Assembly (NCBI GenBank): GCA_963728565.1
Contig: CAVSLC010000018.1
Coordinates: 32,001-96,000 of the forward strand
DNA length: 64,000 nucleotides
Direction: 5' to 3'
Origin: an uncultured delta proteobacterium
Lineage (GTDB): Bacteria > Desulfobacterota > Binatia > UBA9968
Shown: piece after piece, positions 50,822-60,351 of the stretch
How the letters are laid out: every line of letters begins with the position of its first letter
Numbering within the stretch: the stretch's first letter is position 1
Translations under genes and position numbers: made by a program
The notes under the pieces: generated by a model
Database searches by the model: none
Told to the model about the DNA's origin: nothing
Seen by the model: only the letters and a program-made list of their open reading frames with translations

Positions 50822-50852
50822 AACGCCGCGCTGATCATCAGCGCGGCGTTTT
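50822..50852 (+). terminator. Intrinsic terminator-like hairpin
   Basis: AACGCCGCGCTGAT-C-ATCAGCGCGGCGTT followed by TT. Confidence 0.7.
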
Positions 50853-51020
50853 AGCTTCTGTGAACTGTTTGAATCTGTTGATCTGTGCCGGTGCCTGACT
50901 GCCGTCGTTTCGGCGCTCAATTATTTATTTCTTCCAAACAAAGTCATCCCTTCGCTGGATTTGTGAGTTGATTTTGGCTATAGCTGGGCCATTCATCACA
51001 CTCGAAAGGAGAGAATTAAG

Positions 51021-51755
51021 ATGGCTCAGACCATAGACAATATCGTTGACCCGAATGATTCCAGCCTCACGTCGGAGATGGTGCAGTTTCCTGGCAATGC
51101 GGGAACCGTCAGCGCCTATGTTTCGCGACCCAAGGATGGCAAGAACTTGGGAACGGTTATGGTGATTCATGAGAACCGAGGGCTGGTCGGTCACATCAAA
51201 GACGTTGCTCGACATTTCGCCAAGGAAGGCTTTGCGGCGATAGCGGTGGACTGTATGGGTCGCATCGGCGGTAGCGATCAATACAATGGCAGCGACGAGG
51301 CCACCGAAGCCATCAAAAAAGTAAACGGTGGTATGGTCGCGGAGGATCTGACCGCGGCTCTTAATTACATGAAGAAGCAGAGCTATGTGAACGGCAAGGT
51401 AGGCGTCGTTGGTTACTGCTGGGGTGGCGGTCAATCGCTAAATTTTGCTACCAAGAATAAGGATCTCAACGCCGCGGTGGTTTACTATGGACGCAATCCG
51501 GATCCGCTCGATTCAGTGGCAAATATTCCCTGTCCGGTGATGGGCAATTACGCTGAAGATGACCCGAACATCATGCCGGGCGTTGAACCGTTGAAAGCCG
51601 CGATGCAGAAGGCGGGAAAGTCATTCGATGTGAAGACTTACCCCGGGGCGAAACATGCGTTCAATAATAACACCAACGCTGATCGCTATAATCCGGAAGC
51701 GGCCAAGGATGCCTGGGCAAGAACAGTCAATTTTTTCAAGAAGAACCTGGCTTAA
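51021..51755 (+). CDS. Dienelactone hydrolase family protein
   Basis: VIHENRGL, GYCWGG, AKHAFNN, RYNPEAAKDAW. Confidence 0.93.
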   Translation: MAQTIDNIVDPNDSSLTSEMVQFPGNAGTVSAYVSRPKDGKNLGTVMVIHENRGLVGHIKDVARHFAKEGFAAIAVDCMGRIGGSDQYNGSDEATEAIKKVNGGMVAEDLTAALNYMKKQSYVNGKVGVVGYCWGGGQSLNFATKNKDLNAAVVYYGRNPDPLDSVANIPCPVMGNYAEDDPNIMPGVEPLKAAMQKAGKSFDVKTYPGAKHAFNNNTNADRYNPEAAKDAWARTVNFFKKNLA

Positions 51756-51780
51756 TCGACCGGACGTAAGCTGATAAACC

Positions 51781-51824
51781 GGCACGTGGCCGCCATCCCA
51801 AAGATGGTGGTTGCGTGCCTTTTT
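51781..51824 (+). terminator. Intrinsic terminator
   Basis: GGCACGTGGCCGCCATC...GATGGTGGTTGCGTGCC-TTTTT. Confidence 0.7.
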
Positions 51825-52158
51825 ATTTCGGCTCCCTGAGTTCGGGCCGATCGCCGATGGCCTTGCGCGCTTGTCGGGGGGTTATGAAATAAGGGCCTTC
51901 AGTGGTGTCGCGCCAAATCTGCCTTGTCAAATCGGCATTACCCCCTGTTAGCACGAAGGATAAAGCTCCGCTGACCATTCCCATCGACACGGAGATCGCT
52001 TTAGCCGGAAGGAACACGAGGTTCCCCGCTGTCACGCCAACATCGACAGCGGCTATTTCAATGGCCGCTTCCGCGTTGAGAATGGATGGGCAGAGGCTGG
52101 CGACGAATAATGCGGCGGCAACAATCAGACGGCGAATGGTTTTGGCGGTTTTCAGCAT
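51823..52158 (-). CDS. Small exported/membrane hypothetical protein
   Basis: Signal-like N-terminus; GNLVFLPAK..LTGGN..W....GPYFITP; ATG follows the stop of the upstream gene. Confidence 0.65.
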   Translation of the reverse strand: MLKTAKTIRRLIVAAALFVASLCPSILNAEAAIEIAAVDVGVTAGNLVFLPAKAISVSMGMVSGALSFVLTGGNADLTRQIWRDTTEGPYFITPRQARKAIGDRPELREPK

Positions 52159-52159
52159 T

Positions 52160-52600
52160 CTAACCTCGCATGAAAAGCTTCGACCGGATTGCATTGACTC
52201 CGTGCGTTGGGTTCCAGTAACGGCGCAGGCCGAAATAGTAACAGCAGCTATCGTTATCGAGATCGTTGTTAAAGCAGCGCAGTGCGCCGTCTTGAAAGCG
52301 AATCCGGGCGAGACAGGTGCCGCCGGGCACCGAAGAAGTCATACATTCCATCACCACACCGATCCCCCAGTGTTCATAACGAAGATGCGTAACTTCGTCG
52401 CCAACCCCCAGAAAAAGCCGCTTTCGTTCCTTGAAAATTGAACTCTCTTCAGGGCGATTTTCAGTAACGGTGGGAGCAAGTTTTACTGTCGAACACGCAG
52501 GCGGCGCTTTTGCTGGCTGCTCTTGCTCCGTCTGGGTATGATTTTTACGTCGTCGAGCGGGCTTCCTCGGTGTCGCTTCGTCCTTCTCAGTGCGCTTCAC
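52160..52600 (-). CDS. DUF3553-like (SH3-like) Cys-rich protein
   Basis: GDEVTH...WGIGVV...IRFQDG motif. Confidence 0.65.
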   Translation of the reverse strand: MKRTEKDEATPRKPARRRKNHTQTEQEQPAKAPPACSTVKLAPTVTENRPEESSIFKERKRLFLGVGDEVTHLRYEHWGIGVVMECMTSSVPGGTCLARIRFQDGALRCFNNDLDNDSCCYYFGLRRYWNPTHGVNAIRSKLFMRG

Positions 52601-52931
52601 AAAAATTCCTTTAGCTTCAAAACGTTCTTAAAGAATTGCTCCTCGCTCAATTCACCCCTTCATATTCACCAAAATGCAGAGTGACAGTCAAGCTCTGAAA
52701 TTATGGGTAGATAAGCAGAACTCCGGCCAAGACTGAGTTGACAGCGAAAGGCGCGATCAGTATGAAGGCGAGAGGCGCGGGTTCCTTGGTAGATTTTCCT
52801 GCGGCTGAACGTTTGCGACGAGATGAACTCGTAGCATTGAAGATCATCCGCAGGGTGTCATCGCGAGCCACGCCAGTGAACATGTTTGAAGTGAGCCATG
52901 GAGACTAGGTTAAGGGAAATGATCCATACTT

Positions 52932-53870
52932 ATGCCTGACCAGCACACGCCTTGCGGTATCGAGCTTCCTCAGGTTTTTTTCGATGGTCCCACGGACATG
53001 GAACACATTCGCAGGTTCGCGATGCAAGCGGAGATGCTGGGTTACGACGGCCTATGGCTGCAGGAGCGGATCATCGGCGACTTCACCATGCTCGAACCCG
53101 TGACACTGCTGAGCTATGTCGCCGGGATCACAACCAGACTGAAGTTGGGCACATCGGTCATTCTGTTGCCGCTGCGTAACCCGTTGCAGTTAGCCAAGGC
53201 GTATTCGAGCTTGGACGTGATGAGCCGCGGCCGCGCAATATTGGGCGTTGGGCTCGGCGGCGGTCATCTCGGATCTCATGAAGATGTCTTTGGCTATAGC
53301 CGGGAAGGGCGAGTGACACGCTTTACGGAAGCAGTGCAGATCATGAAGCTTCTTTGGACCGAGCCGACGGCGAGTTTTCAAGGCCGTTACTGGAGCTTCA
53401 AAGAAGTCTCCATGGAACCCAAACCGCTGCAGAAGCCGCACTTGCCGATCATCTTTGGCGGCCATCACGACAACGCGCTTCGCCGGGCGGTGAAGTCCGC
53501 CAATGGTTGGATGGGCGCAGGGTCGTCTTCCTCCGCATCTTTCATTCGCGAGGCGGCACGGATTCGTATTTTCTTAGACCAGGCGCAGCGCGATCCGGCT
53601 AGCTTTCATTTTGCCAAGAGAGTCTATCTCGCAGTCGACAAGGACAAGGCTCGCGGCGAGAAGCGTATCCGAGAATGGTTTGCTCGACGTTACAAAAACG
53701 CTGATTTGGGACCGAAGGTCTCGATCTGGGGTAGCAGCGCCGAATGCGCCGAAAAAATTCAAGAGATCGTCCATGCCGGCGCGCAGCACATTGTCTTTAA
53801 TCCCATGTTCGATGAGATGGAGCATTTGGAAATCTGCGCCAAAGAGATCATGCCACATTTGTGTGAGTGA
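52932..53870 (+). CDS. LLM class flavin-dependent oxidoreductase
   Basis: GYDGLW, TTRLKLGTSV, LDVMSRGR, PKPLQKPH. Confidence 0.92.
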   Translation: MPDQHTPCGIELPQVFFDGPTDMEHIRRFAMQAEMLGYDGLWLQERIIGDFTMLEPVTLLSYVAGITTRLKLGTSVILLPLRNPLQLAKAYSSLDVMSRGRAILGVGLGGGHLGSHEDVFGYSREGRVTRFTEAVQIMKLLWTEPTASFQGRYWSFKEVSMEPKPLQKPHLPIIFGGHHDNALRRAVKSANGWMGAGSSSSASFIREAARIRIFLDQAQRDPASFHFAKRVYLAVDKDKARGEKRIREWFARRYKNADLGPKVSIWGSSAECAEKIQEIVHAGAQHIVFNPMFDEMEHLEICAKEIMPHLCE

Positions 53871-54415
53871 GATTAACTCAGAGAAATGATCGTACGAGGT
53901 CGGATTTTCTCGCGTACAGGCGTAAAGACGCCAACTGAAGAGGTAGTCTCACTAGGACGGACCCGTGGGTCTCTATATCTCCCGCTTTTTTAGAAATTGA
54001 CAAAAGTTGCCGGTGACTCTTTCGGGTTAAGGCTTGTCAGGACGCCCAACGGTTATGTGCCACGTGTCAGTTGGTAATGCGACCCCGCGAACGGATGCGC
54101 GCGCCTTTCTTAGTCGCAGTGTCTGGTTCCGGTCGACCGTAAGCTTGCGGACGTGAAGCCGCTCGGGCGGTGCGCAACGTTATAGCGCATCGCCTGCCTG
54201 AGCCAGCTTCTGCGAGGGTGCAAAGCACTCCGCTCTCGCCACGAACCGGCTTCTAACAATCTTTGACTTTCAGGAGGTCAAGCAAATCGATTCCGTCCTG
54301 TGCAGCGCGCCGCGCAGTTCCGTTAAGTTGAGTTTTGATCCTTGCTTACACAAGATCGGATGCGATAGAAGCGATCCATCTGATACTCGACTCGCGTGAA
54401 GGGAGGAACTTGGGC

Positions 54416-55528
54416 ATGTCAAAAAATGGGCTTCGCGCCTTCGACAGCGATATGCATGTCTTCGAGCCGGCCGATTTGTACACGAAGTACATGAATCCCA
54501 AATGGGGCGAGCGTATTCCGCGCGGCCAGCCGCGCACAAAGCACGGCATGACGCGCTATTTTTTAGGGAACGGCAAGCCGATTCGAGCGCCGAGCGACGT
54601 GGTGGATTTTCATGAAAGCCGCATGGCCGATCGCTTCAAGGAATCGCTGGCGCGGGATTACGACAATATTTCTCAACTGGCGGCCATGGATAAGGAAGGT
54701 TTGGACATCGCAGTCCTGTTTCGCACTTCACCGCTCCACACTAACGAAAATTTTGAGCCGGAGTACGCCAATGATCTGTGCAAAGCATGGAACGATTGGA
54801 TGGCCGATTTTTGCAAAGCGGACTCCAGGCGTCTCAAAGGATCAGCGTTGATTACGCTCCACGACGTTGATCTTGCCGTGAAAGAAGCTAAACGTTCCGT
54901 AAAGAACGGCGCAGTAGGTTTGTCGCTTTGTCCGGAGCCGATCAACGGCCGGCAGATTCACGATCGCTACTTCGATCCGCTATGGCACGAAGCGCAGGAA
55001 ATGAACATTCCTATCTGTTTTCATCCGCCGGCGCGCCCGCAGCAGCCGCAGGTATCGAAAGACCGGTTCGAAGGCCATCCCAACCAGGCGCTTTTGGTCA
55101 ATCCGCTGCGCAATCCGATCGAGCAGATTCTGGCGGTCAGCGCCTTCACTGCCGGCGGTGTGTTGGAACGTTTCCCGAAATTGAAAGTCGCATTTCTCGA
55201 AGGCAACTGTAGCTGGCTACCCTGGCTGCTTTATCGGATTGATGAATACTGGGAGATGCAAGGCGCGATGGCAGACATTCCTTTGCGCAAGAAGCCCAGC
55301 GAGTATTTCAGGGAGCAGTGTTTTATCTCTGTGGATGTGGATGAAGCGCTGGTCAAAAACGTGATCGATTATTTGGGCGACGACAATATCGTGATCTCCA
55401 CCGACTACCCGCACATTGATTGTCGCTGGCCGCATGCGCTCGATGAGTTTCTGAGGACGCCGATCAGCGAGCAATCAAAGAAAAAAATTCTCTGGGACAA
55501 TTGCGTGCGGCTGTACAACCATCATTAA
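54416..55528 (+). CDS. Amidohydrolase-2 family protein
   Basis: DSDMHVFEP, GGVLERFPKLK, STDYPH, ILWDN; SD GGAGG. Confidence 0.92.
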   Translation: MSKNGLRAFDSDMHVFEPADLYTKYMNPKWGERIPRGQPRTKHGMTRYFLGNGKPIRAPSDVVDFHESRMADRFKESLARDYDNISQLAAMDKEGLDIAVLFRTSPLHTNENFEPEYANDLCKAWNDWMADFCKADSRRLKGSALITLHDVDLAVKEAKRSVKNGAVGLSLCPEPINGRQIHDRYFDPLWHEAQEMNIPICFHPPARPQQPQVSKDRFEGHPNQALLVNPLRNPIEQILAVSAFTAGGVLERFPKLKVAFLEGNCSWLPWLLYRIDEYWEMQGAMADIPLRKKPSEYFREQCFISVDVDEALVKNVIDYLGDDNIVISTDYPHIDCRWPHALDEFLRTPISEQSKKKILWDNCVRLYNHH

Positions 55529-55549
55529 CCAATCGCGGAGGAACTCGCT

Positions 55550-56506
55550 ATGTGCCGTTCCGCATTCTGTGCAGCTGTAATTTTGGGCATTTTGCTGTTG
55601 GCATGCCAGACCGGCACCGCCCAAACCCGCCTGCGCGCGTCGTACGGTTCCCTAGCAGTCTCACAAGTGGTTTTGCCCTTGGGCGTCCGCGCCGGCATCT
55701 TTCAGAAAAATGGCCTCCATCTAGAACCTATCTATATCGGTGGCCGATCGGTCTCCGCCTTGATCAGCGGCGATGTGCAATTCGGCTTCATGGGTGGTCC
55801 GCCAGCCATCCTCGCGCGCGTCAGTGGTGCCGATGTAGTCATGCTTGGCGGGTTGAATGGTCTCGATCAGATTCTTGTTGCTCTGCCGATCATCAAACGC
55901 GGCGCCGATCTGGTCGGTAAGCGGGTCGGCATCAGCCGTTTCGGGACTACGGCGGATTATGGCGCTCGTATCGGGCTCAAGAAGCTGAAGCTGCAGGCGC
56001 AAAAAGATGTGACGTTGATCCAGATAGGAGACACGCCGGCGCGCATTGGAGGTATGTTGTCAGGGGCCATCGAGGCCGCGACGTTGAACAGCAGTGAAAA
56101 GGAGCTGGCCTTCAGGAATGGCTTTCACATCCTGGCTGATCCGAGCGATATCGAATTTCCCGGCAACGCAATCGTGACCACGCGGTCATTTATGAAAACA
56201 AACAGGGAGGACGTGAAAAGATTCGTCCGCGCTTTGGTCGAAGTCATCGAGTTTGTGAAAACTCAGCCTGAGCGCGGCAAAAAATTGCTGCAAGAGATTT
56301 ACCGCCAGAATGACGCGGCAGTGATTGCCAAGCGCTACGATGCCATGGTGGAGATGTTTCCCGACTATCCTTATTTAACCAAAGGTTCGGTGCTGTCATT
56401 CCTGGAAATACTGCGTGACGAAGGGAAATTGAAAGATCCGCTTTATCCTGAGCCATTTCTCGATACAAGCGTGTTGTCGGAAGTGGAGCGGGAGCGAAAA
56501 AAATAG
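55550..56506 (+). CDS. NMT1/THI5-like substrate-binding protein
   Basis: GIFQKNGL, DLVGKRVGISRFG, KDVTLIQIG. Confidence 0.88.
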   Translation: MCRSAFCAAVILGILLLACQTGTAQTRLRASYGSLAVSQVVLPLGVRAGIFQKNGLHLEPIYIGGRSVSALISGDVQFGFMGGPPAILARVSGADVVMLGGLNGLDQILVALPIIKRGADLVGKRVGISRFGTTADYGARIGLKKLKLQAQKDVTLIQIGDTPARIGGMLSGAIEAATLNSSEKELAFRNGFHILADPSDIEFPGNAIVTTRSFMKTNREDVKRFVRALVEVIEFVKTQPERGKKLLQEIYRQNDAAVIAKRYDAMVEMFPDYPYLTKGSVLSFLEILRDEGKLKDPLYPEPFLDTSVLSEVERERKK

Positions 56507-56571
56507 ATGGTTCGGAGTTCGGGGCGAAGGCATGATCGGAGCGCTTCAGCTTGAACTTCGAACGGAAGGTG

Positions 56572-57708
56572 TCAGCCTTCGATCCCGTAAAATTTGACGC
56601 AGTTATCCCACAAAATCTTCCTGCGACTGTCCGCCGGCATCTCTTGATGAAAAAACTCCTGGGTGGCTTTGGGGAAGTCCGAGTCGCTGTGCGGATAGTC
56701 ACTGGAGAAAACCAGATTGTCGTCGCCGATCAACTGGCAGACGTTGCCAATATCTGCTTCGTCGCCTTCGCAGCCAATTACGCACTGGCGTTGGAAATAT
56801 TCACTGGGCTTCATCGTCAGCAGCGGTGCGTCATGCTTACCGAGCTGCTGCCAGTGCCGGTCCATGCGCTGCAGCCATGAAGGCGCCCAGCCGCAGTTGC
56901 ATTCCAGGAAAGCGACTTTCAGCCGCTCAAATCGTTCCAACACACCGCCGACGATGATATCGACCATTGTCACCATTTGGCCGGTGACATGGGTACAGAT
57001 GTGACGCAGCAAGCGGTTGCCTACGCCGAACCGTTCAAGATGGGGGTAGTGTCCTGAGTTAGTGCATTCGTGAAAGCCGACGGTCATGGCTGTCTCTTCC
57101 AGTTCCGCCCATAAAGGCTCCCAGTAGACGCTGAACCAAGTTTGTCCCGGCAAGGGCGTGGCGCGCAGGAACGCAGTTACGAATCCGAGCTTCTCTCTGG
57201 CGCGGCGTGCTTCGCGCACGGCAAGCGAAACATCGTGCGGCGGCAGCAGCGCGGCGCCGAAAAGTCGCTTGGGATTTTCCTGGCAGAAATCGTGGAGCCA
57301 GTCGTTGTAAGCGCGGCAGATCGCTTCGGCGAGCAGCGGGTCCATGTCCGGCATCGTCATGATGTGCAGGCACGCGGTGGGGAAGAGCACGGCCACGTCG
57401 ATGCCTTCGATATCCATCGCTTCGAGCTGCGACTTGGCGTTGAAATTTTGCTTGCGTGCGAAGTCGATGACATCCCCGCGGGTGTTGTTTCGCCTGCCGC
57501 TGATCATGCGTACGTCGTGGGCCAAGGTCGGACTATTTTGGCGCGGTTCTTTACCGTCCACCATCAGCAGGTTTAAATCGCCGCGCGTAGGTACGCGCAC
57601 CGGCCGGGGCGCGCGCTCTTTGAAGCGCGGGTCGATGTATTTTTCCCAAAGATCCAGCGGTTCCATGATATGCATGTCTGAGTCGATGATCTTAAATCCA
57701 TTCTTCAT
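56572..57708 (-). CDS. Amidohydrolase-2 family protein
   Basis: IDSDMHIMEP, GGVLERFERLK, SSDYPHSD. Confidence 0.92.
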   Translation of the reverse strand: MKNGFKIIDSDMHIMEPLDLWEKYIDPRFKERAPRPVRVPTRGDLNLLMVDGKEPRQNSPTLAHDVRMISGRRNNTRGDVIDFARKQNFNAKSQLEAMDIEGIDVAVLFPTACLHIMTMPDMDPLLAEAICRAYNDWLHDFCQENPKRLFGAALLPPHDVSLAVREARRAREKLGFVTAFLRATPLPGQTWFSVYWEPLWAELEETAMTVGFHECTNSGHYPHLERFGVGNRLLRHICTHVTGQMVTMVDIIVGGVLERFERLKVAFLECNCGWAPSWLQRMDRHWQQLGKHDAPLLTMKPSEYFQRQCVIGCEGDEADIGNVCQLIGDDNLVFSSDYPHSDSDFPKATQEFFHQEMPADSRRKILWDNCVKFYGIEG

Positions 57709-57847
57709 TGGTCTTCCCCACTTCAAGATGACGCCGTTTCGATATTTCCAACTACAACTAGCGCGGAGGCGCTGTCAACCATCACCTTGACATGAGCGAA
57801 CCGGGAGTAATAGAAATTCGCACAGCGAGTCACAGGGAGTCGGCACG

Positions 57848-58864
57848 ATGGCATCAGACGTTTGTAAATCAGTATATCGGCGTAAACCAAGAACAGCGAT
57901 CTTTCTCTCGGTCGTGATGCTGCTATTCGGTAGCGCAGTCCGAGAGGCTTTTGCCGGGAGTGCCGCCGAGCCCACGCGCTTGCGCATCAGCATTCCCGGC
58001 GTCGGCTCATCGTCTTATCCTCTGATAATGGCGCAGAAGAAAGGTTATTTTCGCGCCGAAGGCTATGAAGTCGAGCTGATCCCGATGGCAGCCGGACTCG
58101 CGGTAAAGACGTTACTCGCCGGCGAAGTCGGTGTCACTGCCGCGGGCACTGTACTGGCCAACTTGCAAGGCGCGAAGGTGCGCGTGGTGATGGGTTTTAT
58201 CCGCGAACTTCCGTACGATCTCGTGGTGCCGCCGGAGATCAGACGGGTCGAAGATCTGCGCGGCAAAAAAATCGCGGTGGCCGACCGCGGCAGCGTGACT
58301 TTCTTCGTCGTGCGGGCGATTTTGCAAGCGCATGGCATGGAGCCGGATCGGGATGTCACGTTACTCAACATGGGTACGCCGGCAGTACGTCATCAAGCGC
58401 TCCTGGCCGGGATTGTTCACGGCGTAGTGGCGAACTTTGACGGTACCGCTCTGCTGGCCGACCGCGGTTACCGTTCCGTGGCGAAGGCGGGCAGGTTCAT
58501 GAAAGGCTTCGCTGGGTCGCTCTCGGTGACGCAAGAACATTTGGAGAAGCGGCCTGATGAAGTGTTCCGAGCCGTACGCGCTACGCTGAAAGGTATTCGT
58601 GCCTACCTGGAGCAGCGTGACGAAGCGATCAAGTACAGTTCGGCATGGACCAAGATCTCAGCGGACAATGCGGCGAAAGTTCACGAGCTGATGTCGGCTG
58701 GCGCATTGGCGCCGGATGGTCTGCTAGATCGCGAGACCATGGAATCCGTGATACAGGAATCCCGTGAAGTCGCCGGGGTTAAACGCGCGGTCAAGCTCGA
58801 CGAAGTTTTCGACTTCCGTCTTGTCCAGCGCGCCAATGACGAACTGCGGAGCTGGCGGCCATAG
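57848..58864 (+). CDS. NMT1/THI5-like substrate-binding protein
   Basis: AQKKGYFRAEGYEVE, DLRGKKIAV, VFDFRL. Confidence 0.88.
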   Translation: MASDVCKSVYRRKPRTAIFLSVVMLLFGSAVREAFAGSAAEPTRLRISIPGVGSSSYPLIMAQKKGYFRAEGYEVELIPMAAGLAVKTLLAGEVGVTAAGTVLANLQGAKVRVVMGFIRELPYDLVVPPEIRRVEDLRGKKIAVADRGSVTFFVVRAILQAHGMEPDRDVTLLNMGTPAVRHQALLAGIVHGVVANFDGTALLADRGYRSVAKAGRFMKGFAGSLSVTQEHLEKRPDEVFRAVRATLKGIRAYLEQRDEAIKYSSAWTKISADNAAKVHELMSAGALAPDGLLDRETMESVIQESREVAGVKRAVKLDEVFDFRLVQRANDELRSWRP

Positions 58865-59148
58865 TTAAGCGAGCGCAAACGCGTTGCTTTAAAGTTGCGA
58901 AAAACAAAATCGCTGCGAACATTGTCGCGATGGACCTGTCTCATGGTTTCTCGCTTATGCGCGATCGAAGCCGACGACCCGCGCACACGTTTTGACGCCC
59001 GTGGCAGTATGCTAAGGCGACACAACAGGAGTTGCTTGTCGTCGTCCGAGTGAATGTGCAGCAAGGGTTATCGAGAAATCCGGTTCGATAGGACGCTTGG
59101 AACCATCGCTTAGCGAATGACACAGTCTAAAGTGGGAAAAGGATAACC

Positions 59149-59937
59149 ATGGATCTAGGACTGCGGCGGAAGGTGGCTGTTGTGAGCGGTTCCAGTGATG
59201 GCATCGGCTATGCTGTGGCGCATTCTTTGGCCCAGGAGGGTGCGCGAATTGTTCTGTGTGCCAGACGTGAGCCGCTCCTCGCCGAGGCGCGAAGAACCAT
59301 TGAGAAGGAAACTGGCGCCGAAGTTTTGGCGGTAACCTGCGATGTTCAACGCCTGGACGAGGTCCAGCATTTAGTCGCGGAAGTCATGCAGCGCTTCGGC
59401 GTGATCAATATTTTGGTCAACAACGCCGGGAGCGTTCCAAGTATACGCTTTGCCGATATCGACGATGCTCAGTGGTATCGGATGCTGGAAGGAAAATTGC
59501 TCGGCTATATTCGGATGACCCGAGAGATCGCGCCACACATGCGCAAGGTTGGGTGGGGCCGGATCATTAACATTGCCGGGACCGCCGGCTGGGAGCCAAG
59601 CGGTACCGCGATGGCAGTGGGTCTGAACAATGCCGCGGTGATGAACTGGACGAAGTCGTTGTCTCTCAATTATGCCGACGACGGCATTTTGGTGACGGCG
59701 GTGGCGCCGGGGTCCATCGAGACGCCGCGGCAAATTCGCAATCGCCAACGCGAGGCGGATATAACCGGCAGGAATCTCGAAGAGATCCGCAAGGCGCGCG
59801 CGCAGGAAATTCCGCTGCACCGGCTGGGCCGAGCCGAGGAAGTGGCTAATGTCGTTGTCTTTCTCGCATCAGAACGGTCCAGCTATATGACCGGTACCTG
59901 CGTGACCGTGGATGGCGGCGTGGTGCGGGGGATTTGA
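59149..59937 (+). CDS. SDR family oxidoreductase
   Basis: MDLGL..VAVVSGSSDGIG, LVNNAG, VDGG; canonical YxxxK not seen (VGLNN). Confidence 0.9.
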   Translation: MDLGLRRKVAVVSGSSDGIGYAVAHSLAQEGARIVLCARREPLLAEARRTIEKETGAEVLAVTCDVQRLDEVQHLVAEVMQRFGVINILVNNAGSVPSIRFADIDDAQWYRMLEGKLLGYIRMTREIAPHMRKVGWGRIINIAGTAGWEPSGTAMAVGLNNAAVMNWTKSLSLNYADDGILVTAVAPGSIETPRQIRNRQREADITGRNLEEIRKARAQEIPLHRLGRAEEVANVVVFLASERSSYMTGTCVTVDGGVVRGI

Positions 59938-60171
59938 TCGCACACAGGTTAGATCCGGGCTGGCCGGCGTGAGTACCACGGCTGGAGATGGCCGGCGTCA
60001 TGGCATCGTCGGATGATCCAGCGAGAGTCGAAGTCAGCGCAGAGTTTTCACTACCGGAGTAGAGTAAACACTACCCTTCGGGTGTGAAGTCGCCTCCCAA
60101 ATCACATCCTTGCTGTTTCAGATTCCTTGCTCATCCAAGGCCTTACTCCATCGAGATTGATCTTGTCTGAG

Positions 60172-60186
60172 TGGCACGACGGTTGC
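60172..60186 (+). promoter_or_regulatory. sigma54 -24/-12 promoter
   Basis: TGGCACGACGGTTGC, near-perfect consensus. Confidence 0.8.
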
Positions 60187-60351
60187 GCTTCCAATCGGCA
60201 CCGGTAGGTTCGCTGCCTTGACGATACCGGTCATCTGATAATTCAGATCCTACTACTTCAGCAAGGAGGAGGAGCCATGACCTAACTCACTTAGCCGGCC
60301 CCGCGTAAAACGATTGATCTGAAACATGACATTTAACACAGGAGGATAGTT

